Below, one piece after another: positions 15,229-30,200 of a stretch of DNA of 64,000 nucleotides. Source of the stretch: Candidatus Aenigmatarchaeota archaeon. Its GTDB lineage: Archaea; Aenigmatarchaeota; Aenigmatarchaeia; CG10238-14; SpSt-28. The stretch lies in the NCBI GenBank assembly GCA_032249395.1, contig JAVVFY010000003.1:1-64000 (forward strand), written 5' to 3'. Positions within the stretch are counted from its first letter, which is position 1; each line of letters opens with the position of its first letter. Position numbers and translations under genes: made by a program. The notes below the pieces were generated by a model that saw only the letters and a list, made by a program, of their open reading frames with translations, ran no database searches and was not told the DNA's origin.

Positions 15229-18200
15229 TATTTACCACCAAACTTGCTAAGTCTTTTTTCCAGAGATTCTAAGTATGTCTCTACCATCTTGAAAGCTCCT
15301 GTCTTTAGTTTGTCCTTAGCTATGTTTAGTTCTATCTCCATGTCGTATGTATCTACTCCTTTACTCTTCAATTCTGCTATCTTTGCTTCAAACTCTTCTA
15401 TTTTCTTATTTAGACTTACATATTGATTAATTTCTTCATCAGTAAGACCAAATGGTGAATGCAATATTGGTCTAAAGCTTATGAACCATGGCTTACCGTG
15501 GTTGTATTCTGGATTCTGGAACAAACCAGTACCTATTGTTAGTTTTGTAATCTTGCTCGCATATTCTTGACCATACTTAGACTTAACTCTATTTATGTCT
15601 CCTTCATACCTTGTTCTCAACTGGATTTCGTTAGCTATGTTAGCTCTAACTGCTCCCTTGAAATCTAGCAAAACTTGAGATACCATGAAAATACCAATTC
15701 CCCACTTTCTGAATTCTCTTACTCCTCTTTCTAGAGCAGTGTATCCACCTTTCCCACCGTACTTTGGTAATAATCTATGAACTTCATCGTAAACTAACAA
15801 TAATTTCATTTCTTTTGTTTCTGGCGGCCTCATATCGAATATTGCTTGAATGCTTCTTCTAACAAAGGCATCCAACTGCTCTGGCTTCAATCTGTTCATA
15901 ACAAATACAGTAATTTCTCCCGGAATCATGTATTTCTTTATGTTTATTTCCATGTTCGGATCTTCAACAACGACTATGTTTGTTCTAAAGCTTCTAGCAT
16001 CAGTTGGCTTCAATCCAAACTTTGGATACAAATCTAACATTTGTTTTAATCTGTTTGGTTTGATGAATCCTGTCCATTGACCAGTTGGATCGAAAACTAT
16101 AACTGGTATTTTCCTCTTTAACAATTCTTCAGCTACAACCATTGCTGATATTGTTTTACCAGAACCTGTACCACCGGCAGCAATTGTGTGCATTGTTAAC
16201 TGAGATAAGTCTAAGTATGCTTTAACATCAGTTTCTGCAATCTTACCAACTTCTATAGAGTTTGGTCCTGGTTGTGGCAATTCTTTGAAGTCGATTGGTG
16301 CAACATATCTTCTTTTAGCAAGCTTTGCCATTCTGTAAGCTGCATACCATCTCAGTGCAACATATCCAATTGGCAATGCAATCATTAGTATAAAGTAAGT
16401 TACCCAATTGCTGAAAACTGCTTTTAGCATTAAAACTGGAGCTGGCAATTCGCTGACTTCAAAGCTGTCAGCAGCCATTGCATATTTCTTTCCATACCAA
16501 TAGCTCGCATTAACAAATAGTATGTAAGAGTCTTGAGGTGTGTTTTCTGGGATTGTAATTTTTCTAACGTAAGTTAATGTATTAACAACAGCTAAAGTTT
16601 CTTGAGTTTGGGTAATTATTTTGTATGGCTCGTTTAATGTCCTAACGGTGTATGTAACAGTTATATCTTCAACACTTGGAGTCTGACCCATGTTTATCAA
16701 AGTTACCTCAAACATCAAATCTTTACCGGGAGCGACAGCTTTAGTCAAAACTTTTGTTTTAACGTCTAGCAATGGTTCAGCTATTGGATTTACTTTTATC
16801 GTTAAAGGAACTTTATGAGTTATGTTACCTGCTCTCAATGAAATTTCTCCTATGTAAATTCCAGGAGCTATTGACTTTGAAGCAAATACTCTAAATGTGG
16901 CAGTAGAAATTGATTGAGCGGGCACTCTAACTAATGGAGTTTGAACCGTTACTATTGATGATGCTGGTCCTTCAATTGTAATTGAAACATCAAAGTCTTG
17001 AGTTAAGTGATTCGTAACATCTATTGAGAAGAGTTTCTCTTCTTCTGGAGCAACAGTCAAATCAATAACTGTAGCTTTAAATTCTACTGGCGCTCTCGTG
17101 ACGTTAGGTAAAGTAATGTTTGGTACTGATATGTTTGGTAGAGAGATGTTTATAGGCAGACCAAATCCACCTATTCCACCTCCTACACCTGCGCCAGCTC
17201 CGGCACCACCTCCAAATCCTCCACCACCTGCTCCAGCTCCTGTTCCTACACCTCCTGCTCCACCAGCACCTGCTCCAGCTCCGGGTATTGATGGACAATC
17301 TAATGGACATATCGCACTATTCTCTCCATAAGTAGACTCACATTCGCCATTTCCACATATGAACTCAGCCAATATATAAACTCCTCTCAGATCTGAAACT
17401 TTTGCCCTAACAGTAAATGTTGTCAAATTGATAGAATTATCAGAATTATCATAGTTCAAATTGGTTATTCTCCTCCAATTTGAATTAATTGATGTGCTAA
17501 CGATTGGCGTCCAGTTTCCTTGATATTTGTAAATTCCTAAATTGCTTGCACTGTATATTGGTAATCCACAAGATTGACCAACACAGTCATCAAACCTAAA
17601 TTCAATAGTAGCATTTGTGTAATTCAAAATCGTATCAACATACAAAGTCTTTAATGCGCTTGTCGTTACTCTTTGTTTTGGTATATTTCCTACTATTATT
17701 GGGTTGAAGAGGCTTGTAGATATTGAGACATTTTCTAGATAGATTGATGGGTTAAAGCTACCATTTTCTAACCTCAACAACAAATTATAAGTTTTAACGT
17801 CTACAGTCTTGTTGTAATAGCCAGTTTCATTGTTTGTAAAGTTGAATCTTACACTTCCATCTAAATCGTACAAAATGAATCTTGCGCTAATTGGTTCTTT
17901 TGCTAATGACTCATAGTTCAGCATGTAACCAGCAAACCAGGCTGTTGGATAAACTACAAATGTCTTGTTCACAAAATTACAATTGTTGCTAATATCACAA
18001 GCCGAAATTGAAAGTATGAATGTTCCTGTTAGGTTCGTGCTTATGTAAGTTGTGTTGTATGAATAAACATCATAAATCCTTCCAACGAAAGTTAAATTCA
18101 GGATTTCAACGTATTGATCTGGTCTTATTATAGTAGCGTTAACACTCTTCAATCTTCCAGCTTCAGTTACATTTATCAAAATTGGTATTATCTCGTAAAT

Positions 18201-21200
18201 TGGAGTTCTAGATGGCATGGAAATGTTTATTATTGGAGCTATTGTATCGTTGTAAATTATTGAATCTTTCTCTTCATCATACTTAGTTATCGGAATGTCT
18301 TTGTTTGTGCTCACACTTATTCCAAGAGAGTATGCTCTACCTAAAGCTAAGTTTGGAGCGGAAATCCATATTGACCATATTCCGCTTGACGCATTGAATT
18401 GAGAGATAAAGCTTGGAGATATAACAAAAGTATCATTGAATAGTGTTACATTGAACGAAGCTGATGGCTCTGGCAATCCATTGTATTTAACATCAACTTT
18501 TGCCTCTATTAATGTAGCTGGGTTAACATTCAACATTGGATTTTCATATGTTGGATAAGTTATATTAACGTGGAATGAGTGAACAAATACTGAAATATTA
18601 GTTGATGTTTCTGTTATGGTTGAATTTCCTCTTAACCAATCAACAATTCTTGCTCTCAATACACCTTCATAATATCTGTTTGAAGGCAAGCTTGGAATGT
18701 TGTAAAATATTGTTAAGTTCTTGCTTCCAGCATATGGCACAACAATGAATGAATCGCTAACATTCAATATTTGAGTTATATTTCCTTCTAAACTTATGTT
18801 CAATGGAACCTCATAGTTTCCTTTGTTAACAAAATTGATTGTATCAAATGTTCCGTTTGTTTCATCAACCAAAATCTTAATTATTGATGTTGGTGATTGC
18901 TCCCAAGAGATGTTCATTGGCACCCAAACATTTATTGGCAATATTGAAGATTTGTTTGTACCCCAAGAAATTCTTATACTTCCGTTGTAGTTTCCCGTCA
19001 AATAGTTGTTTGGAACTCCCAATGAAATGTTTATGGTTCTTATTTCTCCTACACTCATACTATCAATTTGAGATGGAGCTAACGTTAGATTGAAGTCTGT
19101 GCATGGAATACCGGAATAGCATGTTATGTTTATGTTTGTTGCGTTAACATTTCCAATCGACCAAATATCAAAGCTTGAAGTGAAGGAATCTCCAGCAACT
19201 ATAGCATACTCTAATTTACTTATCCTTGGTACAACTAGTGGATTTGGAGTAACATTAACTTCAACTATTCTTGTCGAACTGTTTTTACTAGAATCTAGAT
19301 TTGTCCAATTTGCTAATAGAGCTATGTAATATGTTCCAGGTTGAGTGTATGGAGATATGGAAATGTTTGAAGTTGCAGAAATGTTAGAGCTTTTCAGCAA
19401 CAAACTAAAGAAGTAATTCTTTGGAGCTACTGTTACATTATCGCTTGAACTTGTATTAACGCTTATATTAAATGCTCTTGAACCTCCAACATTCTCTACA
19501 ATTAGTTTTGTTGATATTACTTGTGGGGAAACAATAGTAACGTTATCTGCAATTAGTGGCTCATTTTCAAATCTAACATTAAGTTGAGTAGTTGTTGATC
19601 CTATAACTTGATAGTAGTCAGTGCACCCAACCAATCCATACGGTCTGCTTGGCAATACAGTATCATTCGCACAAATTCTAACTTTATGAATTCCAGATTG
19701 CCTGCTAACTAATGTTGTGTAGTAATAGCTAGAGATGTTGCTCATTGTTTGATTAACTTTCGTTCCATTTGGAAACTCAACTTCTATCCATGCTTTATCA
19801 ACACCAACATTATCAGTTATGTTTGCTGAGATGCTAACATTTTCATATCCAACTTCGAAATTCATTGGAACAATTGAAACATTTTCTATTGTTGGAGGAA
19901 CATCAGTAATGTTGAATATTCCGTATATTAGTCTTTCTGATGGGTCTGCTGGGAAGCCAGAAGCATTCCTTAAGTAAATTCCATAATCGTAAATTCCTTC
20001 AAAAACATCGACAGGAATTGAATAATTAACAACTATAGTTCTAGTACTTCCTTTAGCTAATTCAAATGGCAAAGTAGCTAGAGGTTCGTTTAAATAAGCT
20101 TTGAAGAATGTGCTTGCGTTTCCTGAAGGTGAGAATGTTAGAACAAGTCTAACATTTCCTATGTTTGTTACGTTTATAAATGTTAAGTTTCCTTTGGTTC
20201 CTGGTGGCAATATTCTAGTTCCAAGTGATGTCGGTGAAACAATCCAAGTATAGTTAGCTGGCACTGTTATGTTTAATAATGCGTCTGAATATCCAGCGTT
20301 AGTTGAATTTGCTCTTAATGTTGCAAGGTATATTCCTGGATCTTGTCCCCTTGGAACTTGTATACTAACGCTTGCTGTTCTAACTTCACCAGCTTTCAAA
20401 AGACCGAATTCTGTTGGATATACTGTTAACCTACATTCTGGACATCTTGAATACAAGTAATCTGTCAAACTTATTATTTTTGCTTCATAAACATCATCGT
20501 TACCTTCAGAAACAACTTTAACATCTCCTATGTAAGTTGTAGCATCATGCGGAGCAGAAACTTCGATGTAGTTTGGTTCTATGGATATTACTGGGTTTGA
20601 GGTAACAGTTATAGTTATTCTTGCTGTTGTCGAGTTAATGCTTAAGTCTGGATTTCTCCAAGTTGCAATCAAGTTGTATGTATATATTCCTGGAGATGTT
20701 GCATTTGGAACTATTATGGTGTAGTTCCAATAGCATGTTTCACCTGGCTTCAAAGTGCCACATTGTTTAATACTTTCATTGTATTTCAAGCTGCCTATTG
20801 GAGATTCTGAATGGGTTAGATTAACGCTATAAGCTGTAGCCGGACCAAGATTTGTAAAGTTGGCTATAACTGTAAAGTTGAATCCTTTCTTTTGAGTAAT
20901 TCCAGTTGCCAATACATCGTTAATGTTTGTTTTCGCATCTCCATAAACTTTACCGAACACAACTATTTCTGCAGCTAGAGTGCTATTAACATTAGATTCG
21001 GGTGGCATGTCAATGGCATATATGTATAAGCTATGATTTCCGTCCATTCTTGGCAAGTATGTTGTTGAATAATTAACAAAAATGTAATCTCCAATTTTAA
21101 CCTTTGGTGAAACATTATACATTGGTACTATTTCAAAGCTTCCATTTGGTAAGCTGACATTTAACCAAACAGAGTTTACATCATAATTGTCTGAAATAGT

Positions 21201-24200
21201 AGCGAATACTTGTGTTGAATTTAAGTTAGCCTCTAATCCATAAACTGGAGTTACGTTTATGTTGAAAATTACTGGTGGATAAATATCCTTAACCCAGAAC
21301 ATTGCTCCGCTTGTTTTTCTGTAAGCTGAATAATACTTATCGTTATCATCTGTTATGTTGCACAAGAATGTGTAATTTCCTTTTTCATATGGCTTGAATT
21401 GATAGCTTGCATATCCGCTTGAATTAGTTTTTAGAGTATCTAAGTAGATGAAATCGACATTTGGTTCAATCTTGTAGTATAAGCTAACATTGTAATCGGC
21501 TATTCCTCCAGCGTAAGTATCTTTAACCATGCATGTCACGTTGAATTCTTCTGGATATGGCAAAACTGTATCGTTTAGAGGAGATATCCAAATGACGTCT
21601 GCAAGACTGTTTATGTATATTGTAACATTAGCTTTACCATCATCATAATAGCTCTTTTTAGCAACCGCCATTAGTGAATGTCTACCAGTAGATTGTTGTG
21701 CCACAAAGGACTGAGGTATAATTGTTGAGATTCCTTCTACCAATTTGCTTGTTTCATTCCACCATTCTACAGTTAAGCCAGTTTCATTTAGATAATCTAA
21801 TGTTTCTCCATTTTCGCTAATAACATTAACTTCGACAGGAATTGATTGAGCTTTAGAGAAGTATGAGTTGTTTCCTGGTAAAATGATTGTTGCATATAGA
21901 ATTCCTTTTACTTGTATGCTTGTATTTACAGTTTCAGATGGCTCGTTAACATCTCTCGTTGCGTTTATGTATATTGTTACCAAGCTTGGAGTAAAGTTAT
22001 CTGGGAAGTCGAGGTTAATTAAAGAACAATAACCAGTTGAATTCGTTAAGCAACTACCAATATAATTGTTAAACATGTAGAATGAAACGTTTGCTCCACT
22101 TGCGTCTCCGATTTGCGCATCTCTAACGTGAACTGTTATGTTAGCTTTGTTTGGAACGAACGAATCGTTTCTGTAAATGAATGGTGGTGCAATAATTTCA
22201 TCTATTATCAAAGGTCTTTTTAGAGTTATTATTATGCTTGATTGAGGGATAGCCGGAGTGTAAAAGAGTGTTGAATTTGTTTCTATTCTACAACTAACAT
22301 TATAGTTGCCTGCTGGCTCTCCAAATGTATTCCAACCTATTTGTGCATAGCCGTCTGAATCACTCAAGCTACTTCCAATCAAAACATCATTCTTGAAGAA
22401 CTTCACTGAATAGTTGGAGATTGGTTGAGAAGTGTTGAAATCTAAAACTCTACAAACTAGATTTATCAATGATCCTGACTCTACTGTAGTTCCGTTTGAT
22501 GGTGAGACAAAGTTTACTCTAGACCATCCGTAAATATATACTGGAGTTGAATTGAAGTTTGAGTCAAAGTTGGTTTCTGAAACATTAACATATATTCTTT
22601 CGAAACCTAACTTGTATGATGTTGGAGTTAACCATGTTGTATTTTGACCGCTAGCTAACAAACTCCAAGTTGAGTTGTACCATCTCGCTGTTGCATTTGG
22701 TCTTAAATTCAAGCACTCATCATAAACGCTAGCATTAAATACATTAACAACTCCTCTCTGCAATATTGAATTAGCAGCTGGATTTATTATAGATACATTT
22801 AATTGACCAATAACAGTTAGAGTTCTGTTAGTTGAGTTTACTTGTTTATAGCAAGCATCTCCACTTTGGGCGAACCAGTATTGAATTCCTTCTTTTGATG
22901 AACAATCTGGATTATAATAAACTGTACAATTTCCGTTCGATGAAGTGCAGTTAAGGAAGTAATCATAGTTTCTACCATCTCTTGTAATCCAAATTGTTAA
23001 GTTAGCATCACTTGGATATATTCCTCTATCAGAATCGTAAACGATTGCTCTCAAATATGCTAAGTTATCTCCAATTCTTCTTACTGTGGTTGAACTATCT
23101 GATGCTAAATTAATCGTTACATCATCTTTCTCAAAAGTTATATTCAAGCTGGCACTTGTATCATTAAATCCATTAACATCTACTGTAGTAACTTTAAAGA
23201 AGACTGTTGAATTTGTAAGATAATCGCTACAGTCAAATCTCTTTGAAAAGCTAACAGGATAATCGCTATAACTTGGAGTAACAACTTTAGAATCAACATA
23301 AATCCAAGTTACATTATCATAACTCTTCCATAGTGTCACATTGTTTGGACTTGAATCTGTATCTGTTATTCTAACGTTGAAATTGTACGATTCTCCCCAA
23401 CCACCATAGTAATGATCTATTGTAAATGAAGTTATTGTTGGCTTAGATGCTACGAAGAATGCGTTTGGTTTTGTTATTGTAGTGTATGACGGATATTCAG
23501 AGTAATAGATTTTTCTCGCCATCATCTTTATAGAATACCAACCAAATGGCTTTCCGCTTGTATCAAAAGTACAATTGTATGTTCCATTGCTCATATCGTA
23601 AACAGGAGTACAGCTGAATTGATTTGTACCCCAAACTCCGTACAATAGTACATCAGCTCCGTTTACATATTCGCATTCGTCATACACTGAAACGTAGAAT
23701 GGTGCTGTGGTTCCTCTTAAGAACGCGTCTCCATCCGGATAATCTACTCTCAAGTTAATTTGTGATTTTATCGTTATTGTAAAGTTGGAGGAAGATGCCG
23801 GCTTGTAATAATCATCACTAACAATAGCTGCTTTCCAATATTGAATTCCTGTTTTGTAGAGTGGATTGCAACCTGGATCAAATTCAAAAGTAGCATAACC
23901 TGTACCGTTTGAATATACAATAGTTCCTGAATCAAAGATGCTTCCATTCAAAGTTACGAAGAAGGTTACGTTAGCGTCGTTAGCTGGTTCTTCTCTATCT
24001 AAATCATAAACATAAACAACAAGCTTTGCTATATCAGTTCCGTTTCTCCAAACTGAAGTTCCATTACCAGCTACAAGAGAAATGTTTACGTCGTCTTTTT
24101 CAACGAAGAAGCTGTGTATGCTTGTGTTTCCAACATAATTTCTTATATCTTCGGCTTCAAAGTAATAGTACCATTCTCCTTGTTTTGTTTGAAGGACTGA

Positions 24201-27200
24201 TGGATTCTTGAATGTTAAAGTTATCGTTTTGTTTATTGCTCCATTTAAATCTGGATTGTCTATATAACTACTTGAATTTGCAAGTATCCAAGTTGATTCA
24301 GTAGCTCTCTTAATCCAGAGTTTTAGTGAAAGTGGGTCTAGATCTTCATCAGTAACGTTAACTTTAAACGTCCAAGTCTCACCCCATCCACCAGTATCTG
24401 TTCCGCTCTTTGACAAAACTTGCTCTCCAGTTAATATAGGCATTGTTTTGACGTATATTATGTTTTCTGTCAATAGGTAACCATTGTTGTAGAATTGTTT
24501 TTGGGCAGAAACACTTATGTTGTAATATCTAGCTCTAATTAGAGATGTGTTTATTGAACATAAGTACTCACCATTTCCAAGAGAAACTACTGGAGAACAA
24601 TTGAATATTGTTCCACTTTCATGAATTAGATTTATTGAAACGTTTGCATCACTAACGTCTAATCCAACATCATTAGTTACTTTAACTCTTATTGTTATGT
24701 TGTCGTATGGTTTTAGGTATTCTGTATATACTGAAGGATAGAGTAACTGAATGTTCAAATCTCCAAGAATTGTCAAATATTGTTCTGTCGAATTATTATC
24801 TTGATAGCAAGCATCGTCATAAATTCCTCCTTTCCATTTTTGAACTCCAACTGAGTAATCTGCAGATGGATTAAAGTAAACTAGCAAAAAGCCATTGTCA
24901 TCTGTTACATTTGATGTTCCATAATCGTAATTATTTCCGTCTAAAGTAACGAATATTCTTCCACTAAAGCCAGAAGATATGTATGAGTTTTTGATTGTAT
25001 CTTTTATTCTAACTCCCAATAAGGTTGTTTGATCGCCGCTTCTATTAACAAAAGAGTTGTTACCAATGTAATACTCGCTTATTGTTGGATCTTTAGTTAT
25101 AGTTGGTCCTATAGTTTCTGATGTATTGAAAACGTTTTCTCTAGTTCCATCATCAATTTCAAATTTGAAGTAAGTCGTGCTTGATATATCTGAGCATGTA
25201 AAATCAGTAACGTTAACCACGCATTTTCCTCTTCCACCTGTCAAATTATACGATCCTTTATAGACCCATCCACCAGTAGTTTTAACATAAAGTCTACAAG
25301 TAACATTGTCTTGCCGATGATCATAAACATCAACACTGTAACTGAAGATCGAACCCCAACCACCTATAGTTGGAGTGACGCTTAAGTTTTCAGCCTGTGG
25401 AGGCGTGTTGTTAAGATAAAACCAATTTGCAAATATTGTTGAGTTTGGATAGTAGTTAGGTTTGCTTGCATTTATTCTAAAGCTGTATAATCCTCCAATG
25501 TGGAAAGATGTATCCCAACTCGAATTATAATAACCATTTCCTAAATCGAAAACTGGTGTTATTGTTTCTGCCTTGTTATCTGGTGAAATAGCTTCATGTG
25601 TCACAATAGCTCCGGATATCAATCCTTCATCTGAACAATCAGAATAAACAAATGAAGTAACATTTGCTGCATCACCAACAATAATTTGAGAGCCTTGAGT
25701 TGGAGAAGCAATACCAACTTTTAGTTGACCTGTAACATTAACAGTAAAGCCATATTCTGGCACTGTATCTTTGTAACAGACATCATTCTCAATACCAGCT
25801 TTCCAGTTTTGCATTCCAACTCCAATGCTACAGTTCGGATCGAAGTAGAATGTTAAAATACTACTAGAATCTGTTTGATTGACATAATATCTTATGTAGC
25901 TAGAAGTGTCTCCACTTGAGCCTAAGCTTCTGGTAGTTACATACAAGCTACCATTTCTTCCTGCACCAACCAAAACATTTCTGTCTATATCTCTAACCAA
26001 AACTTTAATTGTAACAAAATTGCTACCTTCTCTTCTTACTTGCTCGCCAGCACCAGCTACATATTCTATGCTAACATCATCTTTCTTTATGTCTATTGTG
26101 CTGTTCTTTTGATCCGAATAGCCCCAAACATCAGTCGCAACAAACTTGTAGGCTCTAACTCCTATATCATCACAAGAGAAAGTATCATAAAATGTTACTA
26201 ATTGAGGAGTCTCTGCTTTTATTATAGTGGAATTCCTCAATACCCATCCGCTTGATAGATTTACATATAGAGAAACATTAACATCATCATTATCCTGATC
26301 ATATATCCAAGCTTCAAATTTCCAAATCTCTCCCCAAGAACCATCTCCACTTATTGAGTAGCCAGTAATTGATGGAAAGCCTTCTGGAGTAATTATTGGT
26401 TCTGTTGCTAGGTAAAATGCATTTTCTTGGAAGTCTGTACTTGAGTTATAATACATCTTTGAAACTTCTACACTAATGTTATGCCAGCCTGTTGTCCAAG
26501 TTGTTGTAACATATGCAGGAATTGTACATGAATAAGTACCATTTCCATAGTCCACAACATCGCTACAAATGTAGTTTCCGTAGTTTGGATCGTAAATGTA
26601 GAAAGTTAAAGCAGCCCCACTAACATAGCCACAATCGTCCTTAACCTCAGCATAAATCTTTATGTCATCTTTACCTCTCACTGGAGCATTCCAAGGATAG
26701 TTGTTGATTGGTGCTGTTATGTTTACTTTCAATGGTTCTGTAACTATATCAAATCTTACTACTGAAGAATTCTTTATTTCCCAAGCGTATTGTGTTGTTG
26801 TATTAAATGTTCCTGCAATCCAATATTGTGGTCCAACTGAATAACTACAATCTAAAGTAACGCTTCTTGAAACATAACCTCCGCTCGCTATGTATAATGT
26901 ACCAGAATCTATGAATGTTGAGCCGTCTTTAGTGAAGTATATCTTTGCTGTTCTTCCTCCTGGAAGAGGAGCACCTGTATCAGAATCTATCATTTGGGCT
27001 CTATACTCAATTGGAGAACCTTTCATCGCACTTCTGTTGATAACAACATCTACTGGATTTATAGGAATGATAGTAACATTGTCTGGATTTAAAGTCAAGT
27101 ATAGCCAGCCAGTATCATAAATATCTTCTGGTAGACCCGCGGGAGGATTATCTGTAACATTAAACTTGAATTTAACTGTTCTGTTTCTATTGAAATCATC

Positions 27201-30200
27201 TTCATTAAATATTCCACTCATGTTAAAGTAAACTTCTATATTTTCTCCACTAACAGTTTGATTTATAGCAACTTGTGATGGATCTGTAGTTCTTCCTCTA
27301 TCTACATATAGTCTTAACCAATTAGTGTCTAGATCTTCATCAGTGAAATTAACTTTGAATAACCATGTCTCTCCCCAACCTCCATCTCCAGATGGTATTG
27401 CAACAGGATTGGAAAGAATTGGACTTGTTTCAATCCAGAATGCTCTGTATTTTGTTGTTGAGTTGGCATTGTAAAATGTTTTATTAGCAAATGCTGTAAT
27501 GTTGTACCATCTAGCAGGCAGTATTATTGGTGAGGATGTGTTAAATGTACAACTGTAATAACCACTTCCTTCTTCAACAACATCATCACAAGTATAATTG
27601 TTCAATGTTTTTTCTGATCTCATCGTAAAGTTAACAGTTGCTCCCCTTAGAGCAACGTTACACTCATCAGTTAATAGAGTTCTAATTGTTATATTGCTTC
27701 CTCTCAAATACTCTTCTCCATTTGGCAATACTATCTTTGGCAAAATATCTCCGATTATATAAGTTGTAAAGTCTGTTGTGTTTATGTCAATATAGCAAGA
27801 ATCTGTTACCCCAGCTTTCCAGTATTGTAAGCCTGTTGAATAGTTACAGTCGGGATTGAAGTAATAAGAGGCATTTCCGTTAGCTTCTGTCTTGTTGCTT
27901 AAATCGAATTGATAATTGCTTCCATCTCTTGTGACCCAGAAGCTAACGTTAGCATTAGGAGCATAACTGGAATTTTCTAGGTCAAAGACATTTACTTCAA
28001 ATCTAACAATCTGATTAACTCCTGAGCTTCTGTTAACATAGCTACCATTTCCTGCAATCAATGAAATGCTAACAAAAGACTCTCTCAATTTTGGAGCATT
28101 TATTGGAGTTGTGTTATAGTAGTTAGATTGTTCCCCATCTCTTATCTCAAACTTGAACCAGTTATTGTTCCCAATATTACTACAATCAAATCCATGATAA
28201 ACGACGCTACAAGTTCCTTTAGTTGGAATGCCAGGAATTCCGTTTATTATGCTACTACCAACATAATTCCAAGTTATTCCATTGTCTTTGCTAATGAATA
28301 CTCTACATTCAACTGTATCACCTTCTTGATCGTAGATATCTGCTGTAAAGTTGAACTTATTAGACCAGCCAAAATAATCATCGAAACCAACTTTTTGCCA
28401 GGAATTTATAGAGTTGTTCCAAACATAGACGCTAAAGTTTTCTGCAGTAGCATTAACGTTCTCTAACCAGAATCTGTTTTGATATGTAGTTGAATTGAAG
28501 TTGTATAATGGCATTAAAGTAGAATTCAGTCTTATGCTCCAATAACCTTCTTTTTTACCAGTAGAATTCCAAGTACAGTTATACCAACCATTGTATTCGT
28601 TCATTATCGGATTGCAAGTTTCTGCCTCTCCATATGGAGAAATCAGTTCTATACTAACGCTTGCATTTGGTATTAAACCTTCAGACGAACAGTCGCTAGT
28701 AGTATTGAATCTAATTGTTATTGGTTGAGTTACGTTGAAAATACTTCCGTTAATTGGTAATTCTAAGTTGTTCTTTAATTGACCTGTAATGTTGAAAGTC
28801 GGTGGAGCAAAAGGACCACCTGCTCTTTGAGTATAGTTTTCAGCAATATAGCAGGAATCTATTATTCCTGCATCCCATTTTTGAATTCCCACTGAATAGC
28901 TACAATCTGGATCTAGAACATAGCTAATGTAGCCAGAGGAATTTGTCGTTACAGTAAATACAGTGTTAAATGTACTTCCATCTTTTGTAAAGTAGAATAC
29001 TGCCAACTTTCCTTCTGGTAAGTATTCATCTCTATCTAAATCTTTAATCCTCATCACAAAGGTTCCTTGAGTATTTCCTATTTCTCTATCAATTCTTGTT
29101 GGTGCAGATACGTAGTAAACCTCTACGCTATCTGGCCTTATTTCTATTGTATCAGAACTTTCGTTAGTATAGCCCCAATCGTCAGAAACGTTTATCTTAT
29201 AGTTCCTCACACCAATCTTTGAGCAATCAAATGTTTGTATAAATGAGAATAATTTTTCGCTAAAACATGTTGGTGCTTGACAAACAGTTGAGTTAACCAA
29301 TTCAAAGCCATTACCAAAATCAATCCACAGAGAGATGTTTAGTCTTTCATTAGAGTAAGCTCCTTGATCTACATCTCTAACTATTGCGGAGAAATTCCAA
29401 ATTTCACCCCAACCAAAGTTATTATCTGTAATTAAACAATCTCCAGATCTACATTTAGTTGTTGGTGGTAACAAAGTAACTTCTGGGTTTGTTACAATAG
29501 CGAAAGAATTAACTATTTTGCTTTCTGGGGAATCAACATAATTCTCTTTACTAGCGTACATGCTCAAATTATACCATTGCATGCTCCAATAGCTCGATGG
29601 ATATACTGTGCAAGAATAAGTACCATTTCCATAATCTACAACTTCATTTGGTGGACAATTTGATGATGGTGAGTTTTGAGATGGTTCTGCTATGAATGAA
29701 ACGCTTGCATTGCTAACATAGCCACAATCGTCTTTAACTATTCCTACGTATGTTATGCTATCTATTCCTCTTCTGAAAGTTTTTGATGTTGGTTGCAAGA
29801 GAGTAGCATTCAAAGGATAGCTAACTAAAGTTATGTAGAAGTCATCTCCATAAACATAAGTTGAGTTTATTGGCTTGTATGCTCTGTTAGCTGTTCCAAA
29901 TTCTACTCTCCATCTCAAAGTTCCTAAGTTATAAGTACATCTTGGTAATGATGGGAATGTGTGACTTGTATAACCGTATGCTCCTATTGTCAAGTAGCTT
30001 CCATCTACAACAAAACTATTTGGATCGTATGGATTTGTGGTTACATAAAATCTTATTGGGCCTGTAGTTCCTACTGGCAATAGAACATTTCTATCAGTGT
30101 CATACACTAAAATGCTAAATGTAATGTTATCTTCACTTGGAGCTAGACTTCTGTTTAGTATAGTATTGTTTCCAAACACAATAGTTATGTTAACATCATC

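Noticed and set aside
17098..17331. Pro-rich plus-strand ORF and Arg/Trp-rich alternate-frame ORF
   Set aside because: These are shadows of the Gly/Ala linker codons in the giant gene.
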